Assembly (NCBI GenBank): GCA_965205215.1
Contig: OZ242041.1
Span: 736,001 to 800,000, forward strand
DNA from: Nitrosopumilus sp.
GTDB lineage: Archaea; Thermoproteota; Nitrososphaeria; Nitrososphaerales; Nitrosopumilaceae
Length of the DNA stretch: 64,000 bases
Direction: 5' to 3'
Shown here: positions 40,691 to 51,315 of the stretch, piece by piece
How the letters are laid out: the number at the start of each line of letters is the position of its first letter
How positions within the stretch are numbered: position 1 is the first letter of the stretch
Position numbers and translations under genes: made by a program
The notes under the pieces: model-generated
Databases searched by the model: none
Told to the model about the DNA's origin: nothing
Seen by the model: the letters and a program-made list of their open reading frames with translations, nothing else

Positions 40691-40858
40691 CTACGTGTAC
40701 CACTTTATCCAGGAATACTTTCTGCGCTTTGCGTCGGGAAATCCGCAGCTGGCGCACCTGTGGTGTCGCTTGTGGAGCGAGTTCTTGCCGCAGCGCCTGC
40801 ACCTTATGTGCACCTTTTTCTTTGTAAAGCCGCCCATTGATGTGGTGCCCTTTACCAT
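40691..40858 (-). CDS. rpl37e: 50S ribosomal protein L37e (absent from ORF track)
   Basis: Hand translation [55 protein letters not shown]; canonical position downstream of the Sm gene. Confidence 0.95.
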   Translation of the reverse strand: MVKGTTSMGGFTKKKVHIRCRRCGKNSLHKRHHRCASCGFPDAKRRKYSWIKWYT

Positions 40859-40871
40859 TGCACGCCACCCA

Positions 40872-41111
40872 CTACTGATGCGATGCCGGGGGCGGGGATA
40901 TCATCACCACGTTGTCGCCCCTCACCACGATGGAGCCCAGGCTCTCCGCCTCGCCCTCCGCGGGTATCTCCTCAGAGGCGTCAAGCAGCAGGTTCATGTG
41001 CTGGTCAAAGCCGAGCAGGTTTCCCCTGATGGTCTTGTTCCCCTTTAGCTTTATCAGTACGACCTGGTTGATGCTCTCATCAAGCACCTTTACTGCCATA
41101 TCAACGGACAT
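40872..41111 (-). CDS. Sm-like (LSm) RNA-binding protein
   Basis: [25 protein letters not shown]. Confidence 0.95.
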   Translation of the reverse strand: MSVDMAVKVLDESINQVVLIKLKGNKTIRGNLLGFDQHMNLLLDASEEIPAEGEAESLGSIVVRGDNVVMISPPPASHQ

Positions 41112-41169
41112 CTTTCTCGACTTTGGGGCCTTTCGCTAGTATATTAAAATTTACGGCGTTCTTTTATGA

Positions 41170-42594
41170 TCAGTATGGTGAGACGCCGTCCATCCCAAGC
41201 AGCATCTTGGCGTACTCGGCCACGATGCCGTCGGCCTCGCCCTGGGTGGGGGCCTCGGCGTACACGCGCAGGGCCGGCTCGGTGCCGCTTGGGCGCACCA
41301 GGACCCACCTGTCGCCGGCATCCGACAGCAGGACCTTGAGGCCGTCGGAGTCGTCCGATACGTCCAGCTCGTCCCTGAGGCGTTCCATGACGGACCGCGC
41401 GGTGCTGCCGGCACTCCTGCCGCCACCGCCGACATTCTCCGCGCACCTCACCTTTGTCTTTGCAGTATACGAGGGGGGCAGCCGGCCGGCGTGCTGCGAC
41501 AGCGTGATCTCGGAGCTTGCCAGCGCGTCGAGCATGAGCGCCAGCGTCATGCATCCGTCGCGGACCGCGTTGTGCGCCCCGTACATGAACCCGCCGTTCT
41601 CCTCGTATCCGATCAGGGCGCCGGTCTCCCTCATGCACTGCGAGACCTCGACGCTGCCTATCCTGGTGCGTATGACGTCGGAGCCGAACTCGGCGGCCAC
41701 CTTTTCTGCCGACGAGCTGGAGTTGAGGCAGGTTGCAATGCTCGAGCCCCTGCTGCCTCCCAGTATGTGCCTTGCAAGTATGAGGGCCGAGCGGTCGCCT
41801 ATCACTACGCCGCCGGCCTCGTCGCAGAATATGCTCCTGTCCCCGTCGCCGTCAAACGCGACCCCGAGGTCGGCGCCGCTGCGCACCACCTCCCGGGACA
41901 GCTGCGAGAGGTTCTCCGGCGTGGGCTCGGGGCCCCGCCCCGGGAACCGGCCGTCCACGTCCTGGTTTATCACCGTGTACCGGCAGCCGAGCATGCCGCA
42001 CAGCTCCGCGGCAAACGGCCCCTGCGCGCCGTTTCCGGAGTCTATCACGACCCTGAGGCCCCTTGCCGATATCGCCTGTCTGTCGACCCGGGACGCCACG
42101 TCGGACACGTAGTCAAACTCCCGCGCGGATGATATGGCGCCCCATCTCTCATTCCCCGCCGCGCGGACCCCCCCGGATGTAATCATGTCCTCTATTCGCA
42201 GCTCGTCTTGGCGGGATACCTCGATGCCGTCTGACGCGACTGCCTTGAGCCCGTTGTATTCAGGCGGGTTGTGCGACGCCGTAATCATTATCCCGCCCGC
42301 GTACTGCGGCTTCTTTCTTACCTCGTACTCGAGGCAGGGGGTTGACAGCATGCCGGCAACCGCGCAGTCTATGCCCGCGTAGCTGAGCGCGGCCGACACC
42401 GCGCTGCATATGAGCGGCCCCGTGCTGCGCCCGTCGTATCCTACCAGCACCGTTGTGCCGCCGCCCTCGCCGCCGCGTGCAGACGCCAAGAGGTGGGCGC
42501 CTATCGCCGCCGCCGCGATGCATGCAAAGTCGAGCGTAAAGAATCCGCGCCCTGGGATCCCGCGTATGCCGTTTGTACCAAAGTATGTGCCCAC
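41170..42594 (-). CDS. Phosphohexomutase (phosphoglucosamine mutase / PMM-PGM family)
   Basis: FGTNGIRG, TASHNP, DGDGDR, GYEENG, RPSGTEP; GTG start inferred. Confidence 0.93.
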   Translation of the reverse strand: MGTYFGTNGIRGIPGRGFFTLDFACIAAAAIGAHLLASARGGEGGGTTVLVGYDGRSTGPLICSAVSAALSYAGIDCAVAGMLSTPCLEYEVRKKPQYAGGIMITASHNPPEYNGLKAVASDGIEVSRQDELRIEDMITSGGVRAAGNERWGAISSAREFDYVSDVASRVDRQAISARGLRVVIDSGNGAQGPFAAELCGMLGCRYTVINQDVDGRFPGRGPEPTPENLSQLSREVVRSGADLGVAFDGDGDRSIFCDEAGGVVIGDRSALILARHILGGSRGSSIATCLNSSSSAEKVAAEFGSDVIRTRIGSVEVSQCMRETGALIGYEENGGFMYGAHNAVRDGCMTLALMLDALASSEITLSQHAGRLPPSYTAKTKVRCAENVGGGGRSAGSTARSVMERLRDELDVSDDSDGLKVLLSDAGDRWVLVRPSGTEPALRVYAEAPTQGEADGIVAEYAKMLLGMDGVSPY

Positions 42595-42646
42595 GGCGTG
42601 ACGGCGCGCTGACAATAGATAAATTTGTGTCCGGGGTAGCGGGCGT

Positions 42647-42731
42647 GCGGGAGTTGCCAAGCCTGGTCAAAGGCGTAGGGCTTAGGACCCTATCTTTTAG
42701 GAGTTCGTGGGTTCAAATCCCATCTTCCGCA
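42647..42731 (+). tRNA. tRNA-Leu(TAG)
   Basis: Anticodon arm TAGGG-CTTAGGA-CCCTA, long variable arm, GGTTCAAATCC, followed by CCA. Confidence 0.96.
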
Positions 42732-42946
42732 CCACATTCACGCGGGTTGCGGACGATCCGCCTCCTCCTCTGCCGCATGTCCGGCGGGCCCGGCCGTACC
42801 CCAATGTCGGACTGCCGCAGGCAGCCTCCGCGGTGCCGACCCCGCATCACGGCTTGCCGGCATCATACGCAGGCGTAATTATATGATCTAATAGAATCCA
42901 ACATCGACGTATAAATCTTTATAAACACAAGATTGACAGGAGTGAC

Positions 42947-45900
42947 GTGAATACCGGAGCCAAATATGGCATTATCGGAGCTGCAATAGCGATTGCAATA
43001 GGCATAGCCGTTGCGGCATCGATGGGCGGAGACGGCGACGTGCCCGTTGAACCCCCCGTGGAGCCTGTGGTACCGGTGGAGCCCGAGGTGCCAGTTGAGC
43101 CCGTAGAACCCGAGGTACCCGTTGAAGAACCAGACGTGACAGAGGAAGAGCCCGGCGAGATCATGACCGTGGACGTGGGAGTACTTCTGCCCGCCACCGG
43201 CGACTTGGCAAGCCACGGCAACGAGAACAAGATTGCGCTGGAGTTTGCCGTGGAAGACTTTAACGAGTACCTAGAGGAGAAGGGCGCCGACTGGCGCATG
43301 AACCTGGTAGCCGAGGACACGCAGTCCAACCCGGTAGTCGCGCTTGAAAAGGTACAGTCCCTGAACTCAAAGGGGATAAAGTACGCGCTGGGCCCAGAGT
43401 CCAGTGCGGAGACCCGCAACATCATGTCGTATGCGGACTCCAATGATATGATTATACTCTCACCGTCATCCACGTCGCCAAAACTGGCCGTGGCCGACAA
43501 CATATTCAGGTTCGTCCCCGACGACACAAAGCAGGGCAAGGTGGTCGCCACGCTGCTTGCAGACAGCGGCATAAAGGTGGTGGTCCCGATATACCGCGGC
43601 GACGTGTGGGGCGACGGACTGTTCGAGTCAACCCAGGAGTCGTTCACGGAGATTGGCGGTGTAGTCGCAGAGGGAATACGCTACAACCCGGAGATAACGA
43701 CATTCTCCACCGAGGCCGAGGTGCTCTCAAACGCGGTGGAGGCGCAGCTTGCCAATTATGAGGCCGGCGAGGTCGGCGTATTCGTGATAGGCTTCGACGA
43801 GGTGGTCCACCTGTTCAACTCCGCCATAGAGTATGACACGCTCAACTCCGTGCCGTGGTTCGGCTCCGACGGCAACGCCGGCGCCGCCCCGCTCGTAGAG
43901 GACGCGCGCTCCGCCGAGTTTGCCACCAACACGGGATTCGTGGCGACGCAGTTTGCCGCATCCGACAACGAGGTCTCCGAGATGCTCAGGGCGGACTTTG
44001 TCGAACTGACCGGCTCGACGCCCAGCAACAACTACGTCTTCTCATCGTACGACAGCGTGTGGGTGCTGGGACTCTCCATGGAGGAGGTCGGCTTTGACTC
44101 ACTGGACATAAAGGAGCAGCTTCCGGCCACCGGCATGTCGTACACGGGCGCACTCGGGACGGTCCAGCTCAACGAGGCAGGCGACCTGGCCATATCAGAC
44201 TATGAGCTCTGGTCCGTCATTGAGGGCGAGTGGTTTGCCACTGCCAGGTACAATGCGGCCACCGGCGAGATCATGCAGAAGATGGACACCGGCGATGCGA
44301 TGATGGAGGACACAGAGGTCATGACCGTGGACGTGGGAGTACTTCTGCCCGCCACCGGCGACTTGGCAAGCCACGGCAACGAGAACAAGATTGCGCTGGA
44401 GTTTGCCGTGGAAGACTTTAACGAGTACCTAGAGGAGAAGGGCGCCGACTGGCGCATGAACCTGGTAGCCGAGGACACGCAGTCCAACCCGGTAGTCGCG
44501 CTTGAAAAGGTACAGTCCCTGAACTCAAAGGGGATAAAGTACGCGCTGGGCCCAGAGTCCAGTGCGGAGACCCGCAACATCATGTCGTATGCGGACTCCA
44601 ATGATATGATTATACTCTCACCGTCATCCACGTCGCCAAAACTGGCCGTGGCCGACAACATATTCAGGTTCGTCCCCGACGACACAAAGCAGGGCAAGGT
44701 GGTCGCCACGCTGCTTGCAGACAGCGGCATAAAGGTGGTGGTCCCGATATACCGCGGCGACGTGTGGGGCGACGGACTGTTCGAGTCAACCCAGGAGTCG
44801 TTCACGGAGATTGGCGGTGTAGTCGCAGAGGGAATACGCTACAACCCGGAGATAACGACATTCTCCACCGAGGCCGAGGTGCTCTCCAAGGCCGTCGACG
44901 CGCAGCTTGCCAATTATGAGGCCGGCGAGGTCGGCGTATTCGTGATAGGCTTCGACGAGGTGGTCCACCTGTTCAACTCCGCCATAGAGTATGACACGCT
45001 CAACTCCGTGCCGTGGTTCGGCTCCGACGGCAACGCCGGCGCCGCCCCGCTCGTAGAGGACGCGCGCTCCGCCGAGTTTGCCACCAACACGGGATTCGTG
45101 GCGACGCAGTTTGCCGCATCCGACAACGAGGTCTCCGAGATGCTCAGGGCGGACTTTGTCGAACTGACCGGCTCGACGCCCAGCAACAACTACGTCTTCT
45201 CATCGTACGACAGCGTGTGGGTGCTGGGACTCTCCATGGAGGAGGTCGGCTTTGACTCACTGGACATAAAGGAGCAGCTTCCGGCCACCGGCATGTCGTA
45301 CACGGGCGCACTCGGGACGGTCCAGCTCAACGAGGCAGGCGACCTGGCCATATCAGACTATGAGCTCTGGTCCGTCATTGAGGGCGAGTGGTTTGCCACT
45401 GCCAGGTACAATGCGGCCACCGGCGAGATCATGCAGAAGATGGACACCGGCGATGCGATGATGGAGGACACAGAGGTCATGACCGTGGACGTGGGAGTAC
45501 TTCTGCCCGCCACCGGCGACTTGGCAAGCCACGGCAACGAGAACAAGATTGCGCTGGAGTTTGCCGTGGAAGACTTTAACGAGTACCTAGAGGAGAAGGG
45601 CGCCGACTGGCGCATGAACCTGGTAGCCGAGGACACGCAGTCCAACCCGGTAGTCGCGCTTGAAAAGGTACAGTCCCTGAACTCAAAGGGGATAAAGTAC
45701 GCGCTGGGCCCAGAGTCCAGTGCGGAGACCCGCAACATCATGTCGTATGCGGACTCCAATGATATGATTATACTCTCACCGTCATCCACGTCGCCAAAAC
45801 TGGCCGTGGCCGACAACATATTCAGGTTCGTCCCCGACGACACAAAGCAGGGCAAGGTGGTCGCCACGCTGCTTGCAGACAGCGGCATAAAGGTGGTGGT

Positions 45901-47758
45901 CCCGATATACCGCGGCGACGTGTGGGGCGACGGACTGTTCGAGTCAACCCAGGAGTCGTTCACGGAGATTGGCGGTGTAGTCGCAGAGGGAATACGCTAC
46001 AACCCGGAGATAACGACATTCTCCACCGAGGCCGAGGTGCTCTCCAAGGCCGTCGACGCGCAGCTTGCCAATTATGAGGCCGGCGAGGTCGGCGTATTCG
46101 TGATAGGCTTCGACGAGGTGGTCCACCTGTTCAACTCCGCCATAGAGTATGACACGCTCAACTCCGTGCCGTGGTTCGGCTCCGACGGCAACGCCGGCGC
46201 CGCCCCGCTCGTAGAGGACGCGCGCTCCGCCGAGTTTGCCACCAACACGGGATTCGTGGCGACGCAGTTTGCCGCATCCGACAACGAGGTCTCCGAGATG
46301 CTCAGGGCGGACTTTGTCGAACTGACCGGCTCGACGCCCAGCAACAACTACGTCTTCTCATCGTACGACAGCGTGTGGGTGCTGGGACTCTCCATGGAGG
46401 AGGTCGGCTTTGACTCACTGGACATAAAGGAGCAGCTTCCGGCCACCGGCATGTCGTACACGGGCGCACTCGGGACGGTCCAGCTCAACGAGGCAGGCGA
46501 CCTGGCCATATCAGACTATGAGCTCTGGTCCGTCATTGAGGGCGAGTGGTTTGCCACTGCCAGGTACAATGCGGCCACCGGCGAGATCATGCAGAAGATG
46601 GACACCGGCGATGCGATGATGGAGGACACAGAGGTCATGACCGTGGACGTGGGAGTACTTCTGCCCGCCACCGGCGACTTGGCAAGCCACGGCAACGAGA
46701 ACAAGATTGCGCTGGAGTTTGCCGTGGAAGACTTTAACGAGTACCTAGAGGAGAAGGGCGCCGACTGGCGCATGAACCTGGTAGCCGAGGACACGCAGTC
46801 CAACCCGGTAGTCGCGCTTGAAAAGGTACAGTCCCTGAACTCAAAGGGGATAAAGTACGCGCTGGGCCCAGAGTCCAGTGCGGAGACCCGCAACATCATG
46901 TCGTATGCGGACTCCAATGATATGATTATACTCTCACCGTCATCCACGTCGCCAAAACTGGCCGTGGCCGACAACATATTCAGGTTCGTCCCCGACGACA
47001 CAAAGCAGGGCAAGGTGGTCGCCACGCTGCTTGCAGACAGCGGCATAAAGGTGGTGGTCCCGATATACCGCGGCGACGTGTGGGGCGACGGACTGTTCGA
47101 GTCAACCCAGGAGTCGTTCACGGAGATTGGCGGTGTAGTCGCAGAGGGAATACGCTACAACCCGGAGATAACGACATTCTCCACCGAGGCCGAGGTGCTC
47201 TCCAAGGCCGTCGACGCGCAGCTTGCCAATTATGAGGCCGGCGAGGTCGGCGTATTCGTGATAGGCTTCGACGAGGTGGTCCACCTGTTCAACTCCGCCA
47301 TAGAGTATGACACGCTCAACTCCGTGCCGTGGTTCGGCTCCGACGGCAACGCCGGCGCCGCCCCGCTCGTAGAGGACGCGCGCTCCGCCGAGTTTGCCAC
47401 CAACACGGGATTCGTGGCGACGCAGTTTGCCGCATCCGACAACGAGGTCTCCGAGATGCTCAGGGCGGACTTTGTCGAACTGACCGGCTCGACGCCCAGC
47501 AACAACTACGTCTTCTCATCGTACGACAGCGTGTGGGTGCTGGGACTCTCCATGGAGGAGGTCGGCTTTGACTCACTGGACATAAAGGAGCAGCTTCCGG
47601 CCACCGGCATGTCGTACACGGGCGCACTCGGGACGGTCCAGCTCAACGAGGCAGGCGACCTGGCCATATCAGACTATGAGCTCTGGTCCGTCATTGAGGG
47701 CGAGTGGTTTGCCACTGCCAGGTACAATGCGGCCACCGGCGAGATTATGAGTAAATGA
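42947..47758 (+). CDS. Giant ABC substrate-binding protein with four tandem LivJ/K-like (periplasmic binding protein type 1) domains
   Basis: N-terminal hydrophobic anchor, (V/P)EP-rich stalk, then 4 x VGVLLPATGDLA...SPSSTSP...FRFVPDD...YDSVW...GDL; first gene of a liv-type operon. Confidence 0.92.
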   Translation: MNTGAKYGIIGAAIAIAIGIAVAASMGGDGDVPVEPPVEPVVPVEPEVPVEPVEPEVPVEEPDVTEEEPGEIMTVDVGVLLPATGDLASHGNENKIALEFAVEDFNEYLEEKGADWRMNLVAEDTQSNPVVALEKVQSLNSKGIKYALGPESSAETRNIMSYADSNDMIILSPSSTSPKLAVADNIFRFVPDDTKQGKVVATLLADSGIKVVVPIYRGDVWGDGLFESTQESFTEIGGVVAEGIRYNPEITTFSTEAEVLSNAVEAQLANYEAGEVGVFVIGFDEVVHLFNSAIEYDTLNSVPWFGSDGNAGAAPLVEDARSAEFATNTGFVATQFAASDNEVSEMLRADFVELTGSTPSNNYVFSSYDSVWVLGLSMEEVGFDSLDIKEQLPATGMSYTGALGTVQLNEAGDLAISDYELWSVIEGEWFATARYNAATGEIMQKMDTGDAMMEDTEVMTVDVGVLLPATGDLASHGNENKIALEFAVEDFNEYLEEKGADWRMNLVAEDTQSNPVVALEKVQSLNSKGIKYALGPESSAETRNIMSYADSNDMIILSPSSTSPKLAVADNIFRFVPDDTKQGKVVATLLADSGIKVVVPIYRGDVWGDGLFESTQESFTEIGGVVAEGIRYNPEITTFSTEAEVLSKAVDAQLANYEAGEVGVFVIGFDEVVHLFNSAIEYDTLNSVPWFGSDGNAGAAPLVEDARSAEFATNTGFVATQFAASDNEVSEMLRADFVELTGSTPSNNYVFSSYDSVWVLGLSMEEVGFDSLDIKEQLPATGMSYTGALGTVQLNEAGDLAISDYELWSVIEGEWFATARYNAATGEIMQKMDTGDAMMEDTEVMTVDVGVLLPATGDLASHGNENKIALEFAVEDFNEYLEEKGADWRMNLVAEDTQSNPVVALEKVQSLNSKGIKYALGPESSAETRNIMSYADSNDMIILSPSSTSPKLAVADNIFRFVPDDTKQGKVVATLLADSGIKVVVPIYRGDVWGDGLFESTQESFTEIGGVVAEGIRYNPEITTFSTEAEVLSKAVDAQLANYEAGEVGVFVIGFDEVVHLFNSAIEYDTLNSVPWFGSDGNAGAAPLVEDARSAEFATNTGFVATQFAASDNEVSEMLRADFVELTGSTPSNNYVFSSYDSVWVLGLSMEEVGFDSLDIKEQLPATGMSYTGALGTVQLNEAGDLAISDYELWSVIEGEWFATARYNAATGEIMQKMDTGDAMMEDTEVMTVDVGVLLPATGDLASHGNENKIALEFAVEDFNEYLEEKGADWRMNLVAEDTQSNPVVALEKVQSLNSKGIKYALGPESSAETRNIMSYADSNDMIILSPSSTSPKLAVADNIFRFVPDDTKQGKVVATLLADSGIKVVVPIYRGDVWGDGLFESTQESFTEIGGVVAEGIRYNPEITTFSTEAEVLSKAVDAQLANYEAGEVGVFVIGFDEVVHLFNSAIEYDTLNSVPWFGSDGNAGAAPLVEDARSAEFATNTGFVATQFAASDNEVSEMLRADFVELTGSTPSNNYVFSSYDSVWVLGLSMEEVGFDSLDIKEQLPATGMSYTGALGTVQLNEAGDLAISDYELWSVIEGEWFATARYNAATGEIMSK
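43163..47745 (+). repeat. Four tandem near-identical 1158-bp intragenic repeats
   Basis: Units start at 43163, 44321, 45479 and 46637; shadow ORFs recur with an exact 1158-bp period. Confidence 0.95.
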
Positions 47759-48504
47759 GTCTCTTAACAATCAGCGACCTTCGAAAGTCCTTTGGGGGGC
47801 TGCACGCCTTGGATGGCGCCACCCTCGATCTCCACCCAAACAAGATCAACCTTCTGATCGGGGCCAACGGCTCGGGCAAGTCCACCCTGATCAACACCAT
47901 ATCGGGGCTCTGGAAACCCAACGGGGGGCGCGTCACGCTGCGCGGCAAGGACATCACCGGCTTCCCGCCTCACCGGATATTCGAGCACGGCATCATGAGG
48001 ACGTTTCAGATACCAAAGCACTTTGCGGGACTCTCGTTGATGGAGAACATGCTGATGGCACACCCCGAGCCCGGGGAGAGCTTCCGCAAGGCCCTCGTGC
48101 CGTTACAGTGGAAGTCGTACGAGGCGAGCCAGACAAAGAAGGCCCTCGGCATCCTCGAGTCGCTGGAGCTGCTGCATCTCAAGGACAAGCTGTCCTACGA
48201 GATATCCGGGGGGCAGATAAAGCTGCTCGAGCTGGGAAAGACGCTGATGGCCGATATGGAGATAATCATGCTCGACGAGCCGATAGCGGGCGTAAACCCC
48301 ACGCTGGCGCACAAGATCTTTAAGAAGATAAAGGAGATACTGAAGGGCGGCGTCACGTTCCTGATCATAGAGCATCGGCTTGACATCGCGCTGCACTACT
48401 CCGACTATGTCTTCGTGATGGGCGACGGCAGGGTGGTGGCGCACGACCTGCCCGACCGCATACTGGACAACAAGGCGGTACAGGAGTCGTACCTTGGCAA
48501 GTAG
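47755..48504 (+). CDS. livG: Branched-chain amino acid-type ABC ATPase
   Basis: GANGSGKS, RTFQ, ISGGQ, LDEPIAGVN, IEH, ESYLG. Confidence 0.9.
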   Translation: MSLLTISDLRKSFGGLHALDGATLDLHPNKINLLIGANGSGKSTLINTISGLWKPNGGRVTLRGKDITGFPPHRIFEHGIMRTFQIPKHFAGLSLMENMLMAHPEPGESFRKALVPLQWKSYEASQTKKALGILESLELLHLKDKLSYEISGGQIKLLELGKTLMADMEIIMLDEPIAGVNPTLAHKIFKKIKEILKGGVTFLIIEHRLDIALHYSDYVFVMGDGRVVAHDLPDRILDNKAVQESYLGK

Positions 48505-49300
48505 CGGCGACGGCGCGCCGGGCGGCGGAGACCACCGGGGGGCGCCTCTCACACGAAACACGGGGGGCACCGCAGGCAGCGGCGACGGCGCGCCGGACGT
48601 CGACGGCGGCCACCCTGCCATAGAGATCAAGGAGCTGGCCTGCGGATACGGGAAGAACCAGGTGCTGCACGGGGTGGACTTTAGCGCCGACCTCTCAAAG
48701 ATAACCGCGATAGTGGGCTCCAACGGGTCTGGAAAGAGCACGCTGCTAAAGGCGCTCTTCGGGCTGTGCGACGTAAAGTCCGGCTCCATACGGGCACTGG
48801 GGCGCGACATCACGCACATTCCGACCCATGCCATACTGAACTACGGGATATCGTACATGGCGCAGAGGAAGAATGTCTTCCAGGACCTCACGCTGCGCGA
48901 GAACCTCGCGGTGGTGGCGGGCCGCCACAAGGCCGACAGGGCCATGGACCACTTCCCGGAGCTCCTGCCGTTCTTGGACAGGCCCGCCGTAACGCTCAGC
49001 GGCGGGCAGCGGCAGCTCCTCGCCATGGCCATGATCCTCGTGCACAACCCCAAGATAATGCTCTTCGACGAGCCCACCGCCGCGCTCTCGCCCAAGAACG
49101 CGGACATCATAATAGAGAAGATCAAGGACCTGAACGCGGAGCACGACAACTGCATAGTGCTGGTCGAGCAGAACGTAAAGCACGCGCTCAGGAACTGCGA
49201 CAAGGTGTACCTGCTGGCAAGCGGGAACGTCGTGTACGGCGGCGATCCGGAGACCCTGCTCAACGACAAGGACCTGGCGTCCAAATACCTGGGGATGTGA
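48494..49300 (+). CDS. livF: Branched-chain amino acid-type ABC ATPase
   Basis: GYGKNQVL, GSNGSGKS, LSGGQRQ, DEPTAALSP, VEQN; N-terminal extension makes the start uncertain. Confidence 0.9.
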   Translation: MASSGDGAPGGGDHRGAPLTRNTGGTAGSGDGAPDVDGGHPAIEIKELACGYGKNQVLHGVDFSADLSKITAIVGSNGSGKSTLLKALFGLCDVKSGSIRALGRDITHIPTHAILNYGISYMAQRKNVFQDLTLRENLAVVAGRHKADRAMDHFPELLPFLDRPAVTLSGGQRQLLAMAMILVHNPKIMLFDEPTAALSPKNADIIIEKIKDLNAEHDNCIVLVEQNVKHALRNCDKVYLLASGNVVYGGDPETLLNDKDLASKYLGM

Positions 49301-49307
49301 TGAGCCG

Positions 49308-50300
49308 ATGACGATCATACTGTTCGACGGACTGATATACGCCTCGGTGCTCGCCGTGCTGTGCGTGGGGCTCTCGCTCACGTACAAGATCACGAGCGTC
49401 CCGAACTTTGCGCACACCTCGTTTGCGATCCTCGGCATGTACATGGCGCTGATAATGGCAAAGGTGCTCGACGTGTCCGTGTACCTGGCTCTCCCGGTGG
49501 CGTTCGCGGCCTCCGGGGCGCTGGCGCTGTTCATGTACTACGGGATAATCCGCATACTGCAGAAGAAAAAGTCCTCCCTCATCTCGCTGATCATCGCGAC
49601 GCTGGCCTTTGACATGTTCATGATCGGCGTGCTGAACATAATAGCGGACGGGATCCGCAACACGTACCAGGTCAACTCGCGCGACTTTACGCTGCGGAGC
49701 CTGGACATCGTGATCGGCGGCGACGGGGGGCTGCCGCTCGTGTTCATAGTGACGCTAGTCCTGCTGGCGGGACTGGCGCTCGGGCTGTACTGCCTGCTGT
49801 ACCGGACGAGCTTTGGCATGAGCCTGAGGGGGGCCATAGAGAACGAGTCGCTGGCCCAGACGCTGGGCATCAACACGCGGACGATATTCTGCTTTGCGTG
49901 GTTTTTGAGCGGCGGCCTCGCGGGCATGGCCGGCGTGCTGATGTCCATGTGGTTCCAGGGGGACCCGAGCCTGGCGGCCATAATGCTGCCGAGCATATTC
50001 GCGGGGAGCATAGTCGGCGGCTTTTCGAGCGTGTACGGGGCCATACTGGGCGGGGTCCTCGTGGGGCTGTCGGAGGTGGTGGGGACCAGCATCCTGATCG
50101 ACCTTCTGGGGTACTGGGTTATCCCGTACAGGCCCGTCATACCGTTCATCGCCATGATCGCGACCCTGCTCGTGCTGCCGGGAGGGCTCATACAGCTGAT
50201 CACCAAGTACCAGAAGCGCAAGAACATGACCATGAAGAAGGCAGAAGAGGAGAAGGAAGGAAGCAAAGAGAAGGAGGAGGAGGACGGCGTTGGCGCTTGA
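49308..50300 (+). CDS. livH: Branched-chain amino acid-type ABC permease
   Basis: GLSLTY...NFAH, FGMSLRGAIEN...LGIN, multiple membrane helices. Confidence 0.9.
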   Translation: MTIILFDGLIYASVLAVLCVGLSLTYKITSVPNFAHTSFAILGMYMALIMAKVLDVSVYLALPVAFAASGALALFMYYGIIRILQKKKSSLISLIIATLAFDMFMIGVLNIIADGIRNTYQVNSRDFTLRSLDIVIGGDGGLPLVFIVTLVLLAGLALGLYCLLYRTSFGMSLRGAIENESLAQTLGINTRTIFCFAWFLSGGLAGMAGVLMSMWFQGDPSLAAIMLPSIFAGSIVGGFSSVYGAILGGVLVGLSEVVGTSILIDLLGYWVIPYRPVIPFIAMIATLLVLPGGLIQLITKYQKRKNMTMKKAEEEKEGSKEKEEEDGVGA

Positions 50301-51315
50301 CCCCGGGATAATATTCATAGGCGACCTGGTTGCCATATTCTCGGTATACCTGATAATCAACCTCAGCCTCAACCTGGAGTTCGGGTTCGGGGGGGTGCCG
50401 AACTTTGGAAAGGTGCTTGCGGTGGCGGGGGGCGCGTTCGTCATGGGGACCATCCCGTTCATGGTGTTCGGGATGCTCGTCGACTACGGGGGGCTCGAGC
50501 CCGTGGACGACAACATAATGCTCGTGCACCAGATAAACGCGTACATCGAGGTGCATCCGGAGAGCGTGCTGGGCGTCTTTGCCATTACGCTGATCGTGGC
50601 GGTGGCCGTGGGCGGGCTGCTGGGCCTGGCGTCCGCGTACCCGGCAATCCGGCTGCGCGGCGACTACCTGGCCATCACGCTGCTGGGGTTCGGCGAGATA
50701 ATCAGGATCGTCGGGATCAACCACACGTCGCTGGTAGGCGGGACGCTGGGCATCTCGCTGCCGGACATGCTGGCGTTCGTGCCAAACGAGTACAGGTTCC
50801 TGACGGCCAGCTTCGTGCTGCTGGCGTTCGCGGGTGTAATCTACCTGCTCGTGGCGCGCTTTACAAAGTCGCCGGTGGGCCGGCTGCTGAGGGCGACGCG
50901 CGACGACGACCTCGCGCTGCAGACCCTCGGGCGCGATCCCGTCAAGATAAAGTTCAAGGTCATGATGCTTGCTGGGATGCTCGGCGCGGTGGGCGGCGTG
51001 ATGTATGCCTCGTACGTGGAGGGCGTGGTCGCGTTCGGCTACGACAGGCTGAACTGGACGTTCCTCCCGTTCGTCATGATTATAGTCGGCGGCATGGCCA
51101 ACAACAAGGGCGTCCTTGTCGGGACGTTCCTGTTCGTGGCGATCAGGAAGCTGGTCATATATTACAACGACTCGCTTGACGGACTGCTGCCGTTTGACAT
51201 CATATGGCTGGACTATCTGGCGCTCGGAGGGCTCATGATACTGGTGCTGATATTCCGCCCCCACGGGATCATACCGGAGCGGCCGCAAAAGACCGAGAGC
51301 CTGGAGAAGGGCTGA
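50290..51315 (+). CDS. livM: Branched-chain amino acid-type ABC permease
   Basis: RLRGDYLAITLLGFGE, SPVGRLLRATRDD, RPHGI. Confidence 0.9.
   Translation: MALDPGIIFIGDLVAIFSVYLIINLSLNLEFGFGGVPNFGKVLAVAGGAFVMGTIPFMVFGMLVDYGGLEPVDDNIMLVHQINAYIEVHPESVLGVFAITLIVAVAVGGLLGLASAYPAIRLRGDYLAITLLGFGEIIRIVGINHTSLVGGTLGISLPDMLAFVPNEYRFLTASFVLLAFAGVIYLLVARFTKSPVGRLLRATRDDDLALQTLGRDPVKIKFKVMMLAGMLGAVGGVMYASYVEGVVAFGYDRLNWTFLPFVMIIVGGMANNKGVLVGTFLFVAIRKLVIYYNDSLDGLLPFDIIWLDYLALGGLMILVLIFRPHGIIPERPQKTESLEKG

Noticed and set aside
43163-47745. Diversity-generating retroelement or phase-variation cassette
   Set aside because: No reverse transcriptase or recombinase nearby; the differences are mostly third-position C/G swaps, not adenine-specific
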